The notes: generated from the sequence alone by a model not told the origin. A DNA stretch of 64,000 nt from Eledone cirrhosa (GCA_964016885.1 OZ024761.1:10292001-10356000), one strand, 5' to 3'. Positions 27,215 through 40,669 are shown, numbered from the stretch's first letter. A program made the numbers and translations.

Positions 27215-27465
27215 CCATCTTTCGTACGGTCATGTCGAGCGTAATGAGGGCTAGATCAACAAAGTAATGAATATTGACCCAGGAGGCAGTAGAGGCCCAG
27301 GATGACCAAAAAGGGCTTGGATGGAGGATGTCCATTGGGATCAAGCTAGGCGTAACCTGGCCCATGTGAGACCGGCGGAACAAAACAAATGGAGCAGGAT
27401 GCTAAAGAGTGCTGTCAGGCAGGACACACCTTTACTTAGGGATTGAGTCCTGCATAATAATAAAA
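27215..27465 (+). mobile_element. RTE LINE 3' end
   Basis: YGHVER...GSRGPG*PKRAWMEDV, followed by a (TAA)n/A tail. Confidence 0.7.
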
Positions 27466-27482
27466 AAAACCCAAACTGGATG

Positions 27483-28632
27483 ATGATGGTTATGTAGTCT
27501 ACATGTAGTAAACTATAGCCATCTTTGATGGTTGTGCAGTCTACATGTAGTAAAATACAGCCATCTTTGATAGTTGTGCAGTCTTCATGTAGTAAACTAC
27601 AGCCATCTTTGATGGTTATGTAGTCTTGTAGTAAACTACAGCCATCTTTGATGGTTATGCAGTCTACATGTAGTAAACTATAGCCATCTTTGATGGTTAT
27701 GCAGTCTACATGTAGTAAAATACAGCCATCTTTGATGGTTGTGCAGTCTACATGTAGTAAACTACAGCCATCTTTGATAGTTGTGCAGTCTACATGTAGT
27801 AAACTACAGCCATCTTTGATAGTTGTGCAGTTTTCATGTAGTAAACTACAGCCATCTTTGATGGTTATGCAGTCTTGTAGTAAACTACAGCCATCTTTGA
27901 TAGTTGTGCAGTCTACATGTAGTAAACTACAGCCATCTTTGATAGTTGTGCAGTTTTCGTGTAGTAAACTACAGCCATCTTTGATGGTTATGCAGTCTTG
28001 TAGTAAACTACAGCCATCTTTGATAGTTGTGCAGTCTACATGTAGTAAACTACAGCCATCTTTGATGGTTATGCAGTCATGTAGTAAACTACAGCCATCT
28101 TTGATAGTTGTGCAGTCTACATGTAGTAAACTACAGCCATCTTTGATGATTGTGCAGTCTACATGTAGTAAACTACAGCCATCTTTGATGGTTATGCAGT
28201 CTTGTAGTAAACTATAGCCATCTTTGATAGTTGTGCAGTCTACATGTAGTAAACTACAGCCATCTTTGATGGTTATGCAGTCTTGTAGTAAACTACAGCC
28301 ATCTTTGATAGTTGTGCAGTCTACATGTAGTAAACTACAGCCATCTTTGATGGTTATGCAGTCTTGTAGTAAACTACAGCCATCTTTGATGGTTATGCAG
28401 TCTACATGTAGTAAACTACAGCCATCTTTGATGATTGTGCAGTCTACATGTAGTAAACTACAGCCATCTTTGATAGTTGTGCAGTCTACATGTAGTAAAC
28501 TACAGCCATCTTTGATAGTTGTGCAGTCTACATGTAGTAAACTACAGCCATCTTTGATAGTTGTGCAGTCTTGTAGTAAACTACAGCCATCTTTGATAGT
28601 TGTGCAGTCTTCATGTAGTAAACTACAGCCAT
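27483..28632. repeat. 42/39-bp satellite, about 28 copies
   Basis: gtagtaaactacagccatctttgatagttgtgcagtctacat with a 3-bp deletion variant. Confidence 0.97.
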
Positions 28633-29216
28633 CACTCACAATCAAGTATGACTTAGTGGTATGAACCATGCTTCCATTAGAAGTTTTAGGTGCCCATACA
28701 GTTGCAAAGAGACAACAACACCTACTTGACCTACCTTGAGCTGGAGAAATATCGGAATATCGAGGTTGTAACAACTAGAAAGAGAGAGAGGTTGGGGGCT
28801 ACATCAACATTGCACTTGTTCTTTATTTATCAACTCCAAAATAATTAAAGACAAATTGGACCTGGGCAAGATTTGAACTCACAATGCTGAGAGCCAGAAC
28901 AAATATCAAACACTCTAATGACTTTACCAAACCAACCACCTTACTCGTGTAGTACTTCTAGAGTATATGTTCTTCACAGTTTCAATGTGTTCACAAGCAT
29001 GACTGTTGTTAAGAAGTCTGTGTGGTTTTAGGTTCCATTACACTGAGGTGTACTTTGGTCAAGTGTCTTCTGCTATAGCCTTGGTCTGATCATTGCCTTG
29101 GGTATATATCTGGTTAACAAACTTTCCACAAGAAACCGGTCATGTGAGTGTACTTATATATATATATATAGAGAGAGAGAGATTACAATAATCAAAGTTC
29201 AGTTTAAATCATTTAT

Positions 29217-29265
29217 TTGCTTACAATTGTTTCCTCCAAACCGAGGTTTGGATTCTTCGGAGCAA
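29217..29265 (-). ncRNA. Minimal type I hammerhead ribozyme motif (core variant)
   Basis: TTGCT-CCGAAGA-ATCCAAACCTCGGTTTGGAG-GAAA-C-AATT-G-TA-AGCAA, then AATAAA. Stems I and II pair, loop III is palindromic; U4->C change and mismatched stem II closing pair. Confidence 0.7.
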
Positions 29266-29456
29266 CTATTTAGTGATCTATAACATACTTGACCTCCTTT
29301 TCAACACAAGAGACATATAAAAACATATGCACATATTGATCCACAGGGTAATAAGATAGTAATTAATGACTATCTTTCACTATTTAGGGTTTGTATAAAA
29401 AAATATATAACCATAAAAGGTCTTATTACATACATAACCATAAATAGTATCCTTAA

Positions 29457-29495
<39 letters not shown>

Positions 29496-29599
29496 ATATA
29501 AATTTAATTAAATTAAATTAAGGGGGTCATGTCCGAGACATGCGCCATATCCACCATAGAATAAGCTCAAAGATTCCAATGAATAGATCCGAGCATTTT

Positions 29600-29837
29600 A
29601 TATCAACTAGAAATTGATTGACATATATATATATTTAAAATAAACACATGAAACAATCACAACATATACAAGGAGGAATAATCATTTTTTAAAAGGTAAT
29701 ATTTGAAGCTCTAGTTAAACTTTAATTAGTTACCTACCTAGCTATGTGTGATTACACACTTTACAAATTATCCCCTGTGATTGTTTCATGTGTTTATTTT
29801 AAATATATATATATGTCAATCAATTTCTAGTTGATAT
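29600..29837. repeat. About 61-bp inverted repeat in a (TA)n-associated element
   Basis: atatcaactagaaattgattgacatatat...aaacaatcac versus its reverse complement at 29777-29837. Confidence 0.85.
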
Positions 29838-30179
29838 ATCATTTTCATCATTTCATTTTACGTCCGCTTTTTCCCTGCTTGCAAGGGTGGGACGGGAACT
29901 GATTCTGGCTTGATTTCTACAGCTGGATGCCCTTCCTAACACCAACCTCATTTACAGTCAGTGCTGGGTGCTTTTTTGCCGTGGCACCTCCATGACCACT
30001 TTGCAGTGGAATGATATGGATCCCAGTCCCCATCATCTCATTTCTACAGCTGAGTAAACTGGAGCAATGTGAAATAAAGTGTCTTGCTCAAGGAAACAAC
30101 ACATCACCCAGTCTGAGAATTGAACTCACAACTTTCGATTGAAAGGCCAATGCTCTAACCACTAAGCCATGTGCCTCCA
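29838..30179 (-). mobile_element. Full-length SINE family 2 copy
   Basis: Near reverse complement of 44050-44386. Confidence 0.9.
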
Positions 30180-30829
30180 TATATATATATATATATATAT
30201 ATCCTGCCAGATACAGTCCTATACGAGTGAGACATGGTCACCTGATCAATCTTGCCTCGAGTAGGACAATTCCCGTCTAACCCATGCTAGCGTGGAAGGT
30301 AGACGTTAAACGATGATGATGATGATGATGATATATATATATACATATATGTTGGTGAGGTAATTCTAAAGAAATTTTTTTTATGACTAATTTTGATCAT
30401 ATAAACAAATAAGCATGTGAGTAGATAAATGCTATTTGCGCCAAATTTAAGAAAGAATTTATTCAACAAAAGTTATACAATGATGAAAATATTTAAAAAG
30501 GGATAAAAACAAAATTAAGAAATGAAAAAAAAGGAGGAAGGAGTAAAGAAGGGTAGATGTGGTTGTAAAGGATAGGACTATAAAATACCACAATTGAGAG
30601 GAAAGGGAGGGAAAGAGCAAGGACTATTAGGCAATGGAAGGAAGAAATGCAGAAGGGGAGAGGGTGACAGATTTTCTAGGACCCGCAGACAAAATTGAAA
30701 AGGATTAGCATAGGTTAGACGAGTTGTCCAGATGTGAACCAAACCAAAGCAGATGACCGGCTCCAGCTCACACTGGACCCATTTTGGCTTGGTTTCTATG
30801 GCTGGATGCCCTTTCTAACACCAACCACA

Positions 30830-33800
30830 TTTACAGTGTGGACTGGGTGCTTTTTGTTGTGACTACTACACGACCACTTTACAGTGTGGACTGGGTACTT
30901 TTTGTTGTGAGTCCTACATGACCACTTTACAGTGTGGACTGGGTGCTTTTTGTTGTGACTCCTACATGACCACTTTACAGTGTGGACTGGGTGCTTTTTG
31001 TTGTGACTACTACACGACCACTTTACAGTGTGGACTGGGTACTTTTTGTTGTGAGTCCTACACGACCACTTTACAGTGTGGACTAGGTGCTTTTTGTTGT
31101 GACTCCTACACGACCACTTTACAGTGTGGACTGGGTGCTTTTTGTTGTGACTACTACACGACCACTTTACAGTGTGGACTGGGTACTTTTTGTTGTGAGT
31201 CCTACATGACCACTTTACAGTGTGGACTGGGTGCTTTTTGTTGTGACTACTACACGACCACTTTACAGTGTGGACTGGGTACTTTTTGTTGTGAGTCCTA
31301 CATGACCACTTTACAGTGTGGACTGGGTGCTTTTTGTTGTGACTCCTACATGACCACTTTACAGTGTGGACTGGGTGCTTTTTGTTGTGACTACTACACG
31401 ACCACTTTACAGTGTGGACTGGGTACTTTTTGTTGTGACTCCTACATGACCACTTTACAGTGTGGACTGGGTGCTTTTTGTTGTGACTCCTACACGACCA
31501 CTTTACAGTGTGGACTGGGTACTTTTTGTTGTGACTCCTACATGACCACTTTACAGTGTGGACTGGGTGCTTTTTGTTGTGACTCCTACATGACCACTTT
31601 ACAGTGTGGACTGGGTGCTTTTTGTTGTGACTCCTACACAACCACTTTACAGTGTGGACTGGGTGCTTTTTGTTGTGACTCCTACACGACCACTTTACAG
31701 TGTGGACTAGGTGCTTTTTGTTGTGACTCCTACACGACCACTTTACAGTGTGGACTGGGTGCTTTTTGTTGTGACTACTACACGACCACTTTACAGTGTG
31801 GACTGGGTACTTTTTGTTGTGACTCCTACATGACCACTTTACAGTGTGGACTGGGTGCTTTTTGTTGTGACTCCTACACGACCACTTTACAGTGTGGACT
31901 GGGTACTTTTTGTTGTGACTCCTACATGACCAATTTACAGTGTGGACTGGGTGCTTTTTGTTGTGACTCCTACATCACCACTTTACAGTGTGGACTGGGT
32001 GCTTTTTGTTGTGACTCCTACACAACCACTTTACAGTGTGGACTGGGTGCTTTTTGTTGTGACTCCTACACGACCACTTTACAGTGTGGACTAGGTGCTT
32101 TTTGTTGTGACTCCTACACGACCACTTTACAGTGTGGACTGGGTGCTTTTTGTTGTGACTCCTACATCACCACTTTACAGTGTGGACTGGGTACTTTTTG
32201 TTGTGACTCCTACACGATCACTTTACAGTGTGGACTGGGTTCTTTTTGTTGTGACTCCTACACGACCACTTTACAGTGTGGACTGGGTACTTTTTGTTGT
32301 GACTCCTACACGACCACTTTACAGTGTGGACTGGGTGCTTTTTGTTGTGACTCCTACACGACCACTTTACAGTGTGGACTGGGTACTTTTTGTTGTGACT
32401 CCTACACGACCACTTTACAGTGTGGACTGGGTGCTTTTTGTTGTGACTCCTACATGACCACTTTACAGTGTGGACTGGGTGCTTTTTGTTGTGACTCCTA
32501 CACGACCACTTTACAGTGTGGACTGGGTGCTGTTTGTTGTGACACCTACATGACCACTTTACAGTGTGGACTGGGTACTTTTTGTTGTGACACCTACATG
32601 ACCACTTTACAGTGTGGACTGGGTACTTTTTGTTGTGACTCCTACACGATCACTTTACAGTGTGGACTGGGTGCTTTTTGTTGTGACTCCTACACGACCA
32701 CTTTACAGTGTGGACTGGGTGCTTTTTGTTGTGACTCCTACATGACCACTTTACAGTGTGGACTGGGTGCTTTTTGTTGTGACTCCTACATGACCACTTA
32801 CAGTGTGGACTGGGTGCTTTTTGTTGTGACTCCTACACGATCACTTTACAGTGTGGACTGGGTGCTTTTTGTTGTGACTCCTACACGACCACTTTACAGT
32901 GTGGACTGGGTGCTTTTTGTTGTGACTCCTACATGACCACTTTACAGTGTGGACTGGGTGCTTTTTGTTGTGACTCCTACACGACCACTTTACAGTGTGG
33001 ACTGGGTGCTTTTTGTTGTGACTCCTTCATGACCACTTTACAGTGTGGACTGGGTACTTTTTGTTGTGAGTCCTACATGACCACTTTACAGTGTGGACTG
33101 GGTGCTTTTTGTTGTGACTCCTACATGATCACTTTACAGTGTGGACTGGGTACTTTTTGTTGTGACTCCTTCATGACCACTTTACAGTGTGGACTGGGTG
33201 CTTTTTGTTGTGACTCCTACATGACCACTTTACAGTGTGGATTGGGTGCTTTTTGTTGTGACTCCTACACGACCACTTTACAGTGTGGACTGGGTGCTTT
33301 TTGTTGTGACTCCTACATGACCACTTTACAGTGTGGACTGGGTGCTTTTTGTTGTGACTCCTACATGACCACTTTACAGTGTGGACTGGGTGCTTTTTGT
33401 TGTGACTCCTACATGACCACTTTACAGTGTGGACTGGGTACTTTTTGTTGTGAGTCCTACATGACCACTTTACAGTGTGGACTGGGTGCTTTTTGTTGTG
33501 ACTCCTACATGATCACTTTACAGTGTGGACTGGGTACTTTTTGTTGTGACTCCTTCATGACCACTTTACAGTGTGTACTGGGTGCTTTTTGTTGTGACTC
33601 CTACATGACCACTTTACAGTGTGGACTGGGTGCTTTTTGTTGTGACTCCTACATGACCACTTTACAGTGTGGACTGGGTGCTTTTTGTTGTGACTCCTAC
33701 ATGACCACTTTACAGTGTGGACTGGGTGCTTTTTGTTGTGACTCCTACACGACCACTTTACAGTGTGGACTGGGTGCTTTTTGTTGTGACTCCTACACGA

Positions 33801-34306
33801 TCACTTTACAGTGTGGACTGGGTGCTTTTTGTTGTGACTCCTACACGACCACTTTACAGTGTGGACTGGGTACTTTTTGTTGTGAGTCCTACATGACCAC
33901 TTTACAGTGTGGACTGGGTACTTTTTGTTGTGAGTCCTACATGACCACTTTACAGTGTGGACTGGGTGCTTTTTGTTGTGACTCCTACATGATCACTTTA
34001 CAGTGTGGACTGGGTGCTTTTTGTTGTGACTCCTACATGACCACTTTACAGTGTGGACTGGGTGCTTTTTGTTGTGACTCCTACATGACCACTTTACAGT
34101 GTGGACTGGGTGCTTTTTGTTGTGACTCCTACACGACCACTTTACAGTGTGGACTGGGTGCTTTTTGTTGTGACTCCTACACGACCACTTTACAGTGTGG
34201 ACTGGGTGCTTTTTGTTGTGACTCCTACACGACCACTTTACAGTGTGGACTGGGTGCTTTTTGTTGTGACTCCTACACGACCACTTTACAGTGTGTACTG
34301 GGTGCT
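30830..34306. repeat. 48-bp satellite, about 72 copies, expanded inside a SINE family 2 copy
   Basis: ttacagtgtggactgggtgctttttgttgtgactcctacacgaccact, directly preceded by SINE sequence ggctggatgccctttctaacaccaaccacat. Confidence 0.97.
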
Positions 34307-34554
34307 TCATTGGAGGACGTATGCTACAGCCTCTTCTCATGGGAGATGTATCGGATAGAGGGTTGGGGATGATGTATACTGTATATATGTATGCTTCAGT
34401 CTATGCCCATGGGAAGGCAACTTTTCTATATTACTGCATAATGCGAGAGATCCTGGTCGTGTATCATGACCACTTTACAGTATATATATATATAAATGTG
34501 TAGAAATGTCCATGATCTCCAGAAGACAACTGATGTATGTATGCATATATGCTA

Positions 34555-34588
<34 letters not shown>

Positions 34589-34742
34589 CACACACAAATG
34601 CAAGTTTACTTTTCTCTTTTAAAAGTTGGTTGCTTAATGTCTTAACTATAATCTGTAGCTCATATATATATATCACCATCATCATCTTACGTCCGCTTTA
34701 CCCTGCATATATATATATATACAGACACACATTCACACATGC

Positions 34743-34773
<31 letters not shown>

Positions 34774-34817
34774 TGCCAGTAACTACACATGCACACACAC
34801 ACACACATATATATATA

Positions 34818-35145
34818 TATAATACAATATGTAGAAAAGATAGCTCGCTAGAGAGAGAGATAGTGCGCCATCAGTCAAACAGGGAAAAACCACCAGTGGA
34901 TGGAATCTATAGCCCATGGAAGGCAGAGTAGACACACAATAATTAAAAGTATAAATTAAAGTGTAAATACATACCTCAATAACTATCTAACACACACATA
35001 CACATCCAAAAAGATCTGTTTCGCCAAATAATCTAGTGTGCTATCTTTTCTACATATTGTATTATAAAGGGCTCGGGATTCCTTCTCCTTTGAGCACATT
35101 ACTGACAGGGAATAGCGAGAGTCTATGGCTCCGTTAATTTATTGT

Positions 35146-35146
<1 letters not shown>
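34818..35146. mobile_element. (TA)n-flanked element with inverted repeat
   Basis: tataatacaatatgtagaaaagatagc and gctatcttttctacatattgtattata (35040-35066). Confidence 0.65.
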
Positions 35147-35202
<56 letters not shown>

Positions 35203-35204
<2 letters not shown>

Positions 35205-35558
35205 CGAAGGAGTTGTGGTAAGGAACCAGATGGACCATAACGCACCAGAGTACTCAATACTTAGGGTAGTAGAGTGGGTGATAGGAAAATGTTTGACCCC
35301 GACGGCAGAGCTGAAGCCGTTTCGACGGCTATCTCTGGACTCTGGGTGGAAAAGTCGGGATATGGCGTGGTAGGGTCGGAAAGTGCTCTACTACAGAAGT
35401 AGGAGCTAGATAACGAAGGAAGAGTGGTAAGGAACCAGATGGACCATAACGCATCAGAGTGCTCAATACTTAGGGTAGTAGAGTGGGTAATAGGAAAATA
35501 GGAGTCCAGAAATAGTCATCGAAACGGCTTGAGCTCTGCCGTCGGGGTCAAACATTTT

Positions 35559-35561
<3 letters not shown>
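35203..35561. mobile_element. Family B element with direct plus inverted duplication
   Basis: 35203-35290 is repeated at 35411-35499; 35281-35342 is inverted at about 35502-35563. Confidence 0.85.
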
Positions 35562-35630
<69 letters not shown>

Positions 35631-36249
35631 TACCACTAACTATACACACACACATACATATATACATACATACATACACATATATACATACATCTGCCAC
35701 TAACTATACATGCATACACACACACACACATATATATACATACATACACATATATACATACATCTGCCACTAACTATACATGTACACACACACACTCCTC
35801 CTACTGCCACTACTATGCAACCTTTTCCCCATTCCCCTCCCTCTGCTGCCCACACACATTCCTCATGTCCAGTTCACTAGGTCCAGTGTGTCCAGAATAC
35901 CCCTCTCCCCACCCCCACTGCCAGCTCCTTCTTTATCAATTACATGAATGATATAAAGTAAGGGAGCTAGCTGTAAATGAGAAGGTGTATCTTGGTGATC
36001 AGTCGATTAGCTAGAAATAGCAGCTACATCTCCCTCACAGTCGCGCCTATTGCCTTTAAAATAAAAGGACACTTTAAACAACGTAATCCTAGATAATACT
36101 AAGATGGGATGGTCACCGTTGGAATGTTTTTGATCATAGCTCTGATGGGTCAGGGCTAGCCTTGGATTAAACAACAACTAAGAGTCCCAATATATAGTAT
36201 AGTTGTTATTTAAACCCCGGGTCAGCTTGATTTGAGCAACAATAACACT

Positions 36250-37380
36250 GACAACACCACCAACAACACCATTACCAACACTACCAATATTACCACCACC
36301 ACCAATAACATTACCACCACCACCACCACCAATAACAACATTACCACCACCATCACCATCAAAGTTAGTTCATACCACCACCACCACCACAGTTAGTCCA
36401 TATCACCACCACCACAGTTAGTCCATACCACCACCACCACCACCACAGTTAGTCCATACCACCACCACCACCACCACCACCACAGTTAGTCCATACCACC
36501 ACCACCACAGTTAGTCCATACCACCACCACCACCACCACAGTTAGTCCATACCATCACCACCACCACCACAGTTAGTCCATACCACCACCACCACCACCA
36601 CCACAGTTAGTCCATACCACAACCACCACCACCACCACCACCACAGTTAGTCCATACCACCACCACCACCACCACAGTTAGTCCATACCACCACCACCAC
36701 CACCACAGTTAGTCCATACCACCACCACCACCACAGTTAGTCCATACCACCACCACCACCACCACAGTTAGTCCATACCACCACCATCATTATCACTATT
36801 ACATTCAGTCCACCACATTTACTAACCACATTCAGTCACAGAACATACCAACAGCTACTAAATACACTTTGTCAGTTACTACCGTCAACAACAAAACCAC
36901 CACCACCAATATCAACAACAGTAGCAACACTACCACCACCACCACTGCTAACAACACCCCACCACCACCACCACCACCACCACCACCACCACCACCACCA
37001 CCACCACCACCACCACCACCAACAACAACAGTAGCAACACTACCACCACCACCACTGCTAACAACACCCCATCACCACCACCACCACCACCACCAATATC
37101 AACAACAGTAGCAACACTACCACCACCACCACCACTGCTAACAACACCCCATCACCACCACCACCACCACCACCACCACCAATATCAACAACAGTAGCAA
37201 CACTACCACCACCACCACTGCTAACAACACCCCATCACCACCACCACCACCACCACCACTGCTAACAACACCCCATCACCACCACCACCACCACCACCAA
37301 TATCAACAACAGTAGCAACACTACCACCACCACCACCACTGCTAACAACACCCCATCACCACCATCACCACCACCACCAC
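36250..37380. repeat. (ACC)n-based compound minisatellites
   Basis: (acc)n-acagttagtccat units at 36360-36785 and (acc)n-gctaacaacacccc units at 36890-37380. Confidence 0.9.
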
Positions 37381-37505
37381 AACTGACTACATTCCAGACA
37401 TTATATATTTCTACTCCATCAAGTCTGTCAGAATGTTGTTTTTTTTCATGGGATTTTCACCCTACTCCTAAATACATGCATAGTGTATATATATATATAT
37501 ATATA

Positions 37506-37669
37506 TATTCATTTTATTAAGACTAAATAGTGAGTCTTGTTACTCTGGAGTTTTGCCTGTTTATCACAGGGTCATCAGACAGGACTCACTATTTAGCCTT
37601 AATAAAATGAATATTAAAACTCTACTTCGATATTGAGTACTCTTCTCTCTCGGCCGTCAACCACATACG

Positions 37670-37672
<3 letters not shown>
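37506..37672. mobile_element. Family D element with degenerate minus-strand hammerhead in a long hairpin
   Basis: Minus strand: GAGTCCTGT-CTGATGA-CCCTGTGATAAACAGGC-AAAA-CTCCAGAG-TA-ACAAGACTC. Confidence 0.7.
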
Positions 37673-37711
<39 letters not shown>

Positions 37712-37714
<3 letters not shown>

Positions 37715-38097
37715 TCATCACCGTTTTACGTCTGTTCTTCCACGCTAGCATGGGTTAGACAGGTTGTCCTGTTGTGGGCAGTGTCCGGTCGGCTGACCTT
37801 GTCTTGCTCATACGGGAACTGATTCTGGCTTGATTTCTACAGCTGGATGCCCTTCGTATCACCAACCTCATTTACAGTGAGTGCTGGGTGTTTTTTTTTC
37901 CATGGCGCCTACACGTCCACTTTATAGTGTGGGCTGGGTGCATTTTTGCCGTGGCACCTCCACGACCACTTTGCAGTGGAATGATAGGGACCCCAGTCCT
38001 ACCATCTCATTTCTACAGCTGAGTAAACTGGAGCAATGTGAAATAAAGTGTCTTGCTCAAGGAAACAACACATCACCCGGTCCGAGAATTGAACTCA
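37712..38097 (-). mobile_element. SINE family 2 copy with 2 copies of the 48-bp unit
   Basis: Matches the reverse complement of 44050-44386. Confidence 0.85.
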
Positions 38098-38219
38098 TAT
38101 ATATAGGAAAAGAGTCGGAACTCTTTTCCTATTACCCACTCTACTACCCTAAGTATTGAGTACTCTGGTGCGTTATGGTCCACCTGGTTCCTTACCACAC
38201 TTTCTTTGTTTTATATATA

Positions 38220-38700
38220 TACTAGCAGTGGTACCCGGCGTTGCACGAGATAAGGTATTGTGAAATATGTAACCGCCTTAGCTAAGCTTAGTATTGCCAC
38301 AACGATGGCTGGCAAAGAAGTAAGGGTCTGGTGGTACGTAAGTAAGCAACACTGTGGCTTAAAACGTGAGGAAGAAGTTGTGTGCACTTACCAACTGTTT
38401 GGGGAATGAGTGTGAGATTTGTCTTGAGCAAGGGGGGCAGAATAACCGGAGGCAGCAGACAGCCAGACATACAGACAGATATTATAAGGGCGCGACGTTA
38501 TATGTATGTATCTATCTAAAAAGAGAAGGACTAAGAATTATAGAGAGAGATCGCTAAATCGCCTTATGCGGTGCCTAGGGCATTGAAAATTTGAAACATA
38601 AGTATTACATGTGTAAAGTTTGAAAACAGTTGGTTGGATGCCTCTCTAGTTTTAGGGATTCAAACTCACACACTCACAGACAGACATCCTCAGTTTTATA
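38220..38700 (+). mobile_element. Helitron/Helentron-like non-autonomous element (HINE type)
   Basis: Starts ACTAGCAG..TACCCGGCGTTGC, has a late aaagtttgaaaacagttgg and (cagA)n, and ends TTTTATATATA: the layout of Lep1/DINE-like elements (recall). Confidence 0.6.
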
Positions 38701-38708
38701 TATATATA

Positions 38709-39030
38709 TCCAGCGAGTGTAATGTGCAGTTACTGTAGGTTTACCCAAGTGAGCACTCAATACGTAATTTCCCCATCTGTAAAGAGGTGTGGAACTAAAC
38801 AGTGTAAATATAATAATAAAAGTACAATTTGTTATGTCTTCATTACATTTATTGGTTGGTGACGCGCGTTTCGCTATTGATCAGCCCAAGGTTCGATCTA
38901 TATTGATCTGGCCAGACTCTGGAATCAAAATCTTGTCAGACTTCTGCTATGGTAATGACAGTTGATCAATAGTGAAACGCGCGTCGGCAATCAATAAATG
39001 CAATGAAGACAAAACAAATCGTCCTTTTAT
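38709..39030. mobile_element. Family A element with inverted duplication
   Basis: 38812-38884 is inverted at about 38961-39033. Confidence 0.8.
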
Positions 39031-39229
39031 TATATATATATATATATATATCATCATACGTCCGCTTTTCCCTGCTTGCAAGGGTGGGACAGGTCCTATT
39101 CAGCACAGCATCTCTTCATTAGTCACGCTCCTTCGTCATCTCCTCATATATATATCATCATCATCATTATTTAATGCCTGTTTTCCATGCTAGCATGGGT
39201 TAGACAGGTTTGTCCCATTAGAACCAATT

Positions 39230-40088
39230 GGTGAAGAAGCTTTCATTCTGTTGATAAAAAAAAGTCACCCACAGCAGGTATGACATCATTACTACAATAC
39301 TGGTTCCCAGCCAAGTGTTTTTTCATGTTAGGGAACAGATGACAGTCAGATGGAGCCAAATCAGGAGAATAAGGAGGGTGATGAACCAGTTCAGTCACAG
39401 TGAAGCACAGCAGCTATTGAAACCAAGGACTTGTGTACTGGAGTATTGTCCTGATGAAACAAGACCCCTTTTGTCAGTTTTCCTGGGTCTTGATAGCTTT
39501 TTGTAACTGCCTCAACAAGTTGTCATAGTAGTCACCATTGATGGTGTGGTCCTTTTGAAGATAGTCAATAAACACAATGCCTTTTGCATCCCCCAAAACT
39601 GAGGCTATCACCTTCTCTGCAGATGAAATGACTTTGGCCTCCTTTGGAGCAGTTGAGGAAGGAGGTGTTTCCACTTCATGGATTGTCTCGTTGTCTCTGG
39701 CTCAAAGTGAAGAATCCAACACTCATCCTGGGTTAGGAAATGTTCAAGGAAACCAGCTGGATCTGACTCAAACAATGTCAGATTTTCCCCGTGATCTGAA
39801 TAGCCTGGTGCTCTTTTGATCAGGTGTCAGAAGACGTGGCACTCACTGAGCAGAAAGCTTCATCATGCCAAGTTCATTGTAGAGAATATTCTCAACCCTC
39901 TCATACGATTTGTGAATAGCATGCGTTAGTTGATTTATAGTCAATCACCTGTCATCCATCACCATGTTTTTCTTGGTGGTGGCAGTTGCAAGATGTCCAG
40001 ACCTTCGGTCATCTTCAAGACTCTCACTTCCACTCCTAAATCCAGCTGCCTTCTTTTATACTGTCGATAAAGCTGGGGCATCATCCCT
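39230..40088 (-). mobile_element. Decayed mariner transposase
   Basis: PKEAKVISSAEKVIASVLGDAKGIVFIDYLQKDHTINGDYYDNLLRQL, a FHQDN-like motif and PYSPDLAPSD (about 39350-39380); frameshifted. Confidence 0.9.
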
Positions 40089-40297
40089 TAACCCTTTAAC
40101 ATTTACATTACTCTATATATATATTAGTTTAAACACTTTACCTCACATAATTATTTCACATAATGTCGAATCTATGAAATGTTGATGTTATTTATTTTGA
40201 GAACAATACCTTAACATCAGTGTGAGTGACCAGTTTGAACAGGAAGAGGTGAAAGAATTCTGGCCGGATACGGCCGGTTTAAATGCTAAAGGGTTAA
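40088..40297. mobile_element. TTAA (piggyBac-type) MITE
   Basis: TTAA-CCCTTTAACATTTA ... TAAATGCTAAAGGG-TTAA. Confidence 0.85.
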
Positions 40298-40669
40298 TGT
40301 AACAACCATGCCAGCATAAATGTTCTTGCGGGCTAAACCCTTTTTTCTGCACACCACGATGCCAAATCTTGTCCATTTTTAAGAGAAGTTGCTAATAGTT
40401 AGTTTTGAAGTCTTCTTTGAACAGTCAGATGTCAGTTTACCTGGAAGGAAACAATGCAGGTATTAATAAGAAGAGTTGAAATTACTGCATGCAATGCACC
40501 AGCTTTCTTTGCTCTGAGTTACTCTACCATGGCCAACTTTGTTTCATCCTGTCAAGGGGAATAAATAAAGTTTAGTACTAGGAGTTGATTCTTCTCCCCC
40601 CCCCCCACACACACACACATACACACCTTCTCTCTCTCTCTGGAAGAAATAGCTGAATTAAAGGAATAA

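Noticed and set aside
27341-28774. 477-aa DCTTIKDGCSLLHV repeat ORF
   Set aside because: 42/39-bp satellite open on both strands, continuing into antisense LINE sequence; no ATG start.
30796-34372. Cys-rich 672- and 479-aa repeat proteins
   Set aside because: 48-bp SINE-derived satellite; a 1-bp deletion near 32798 breaks the frame.
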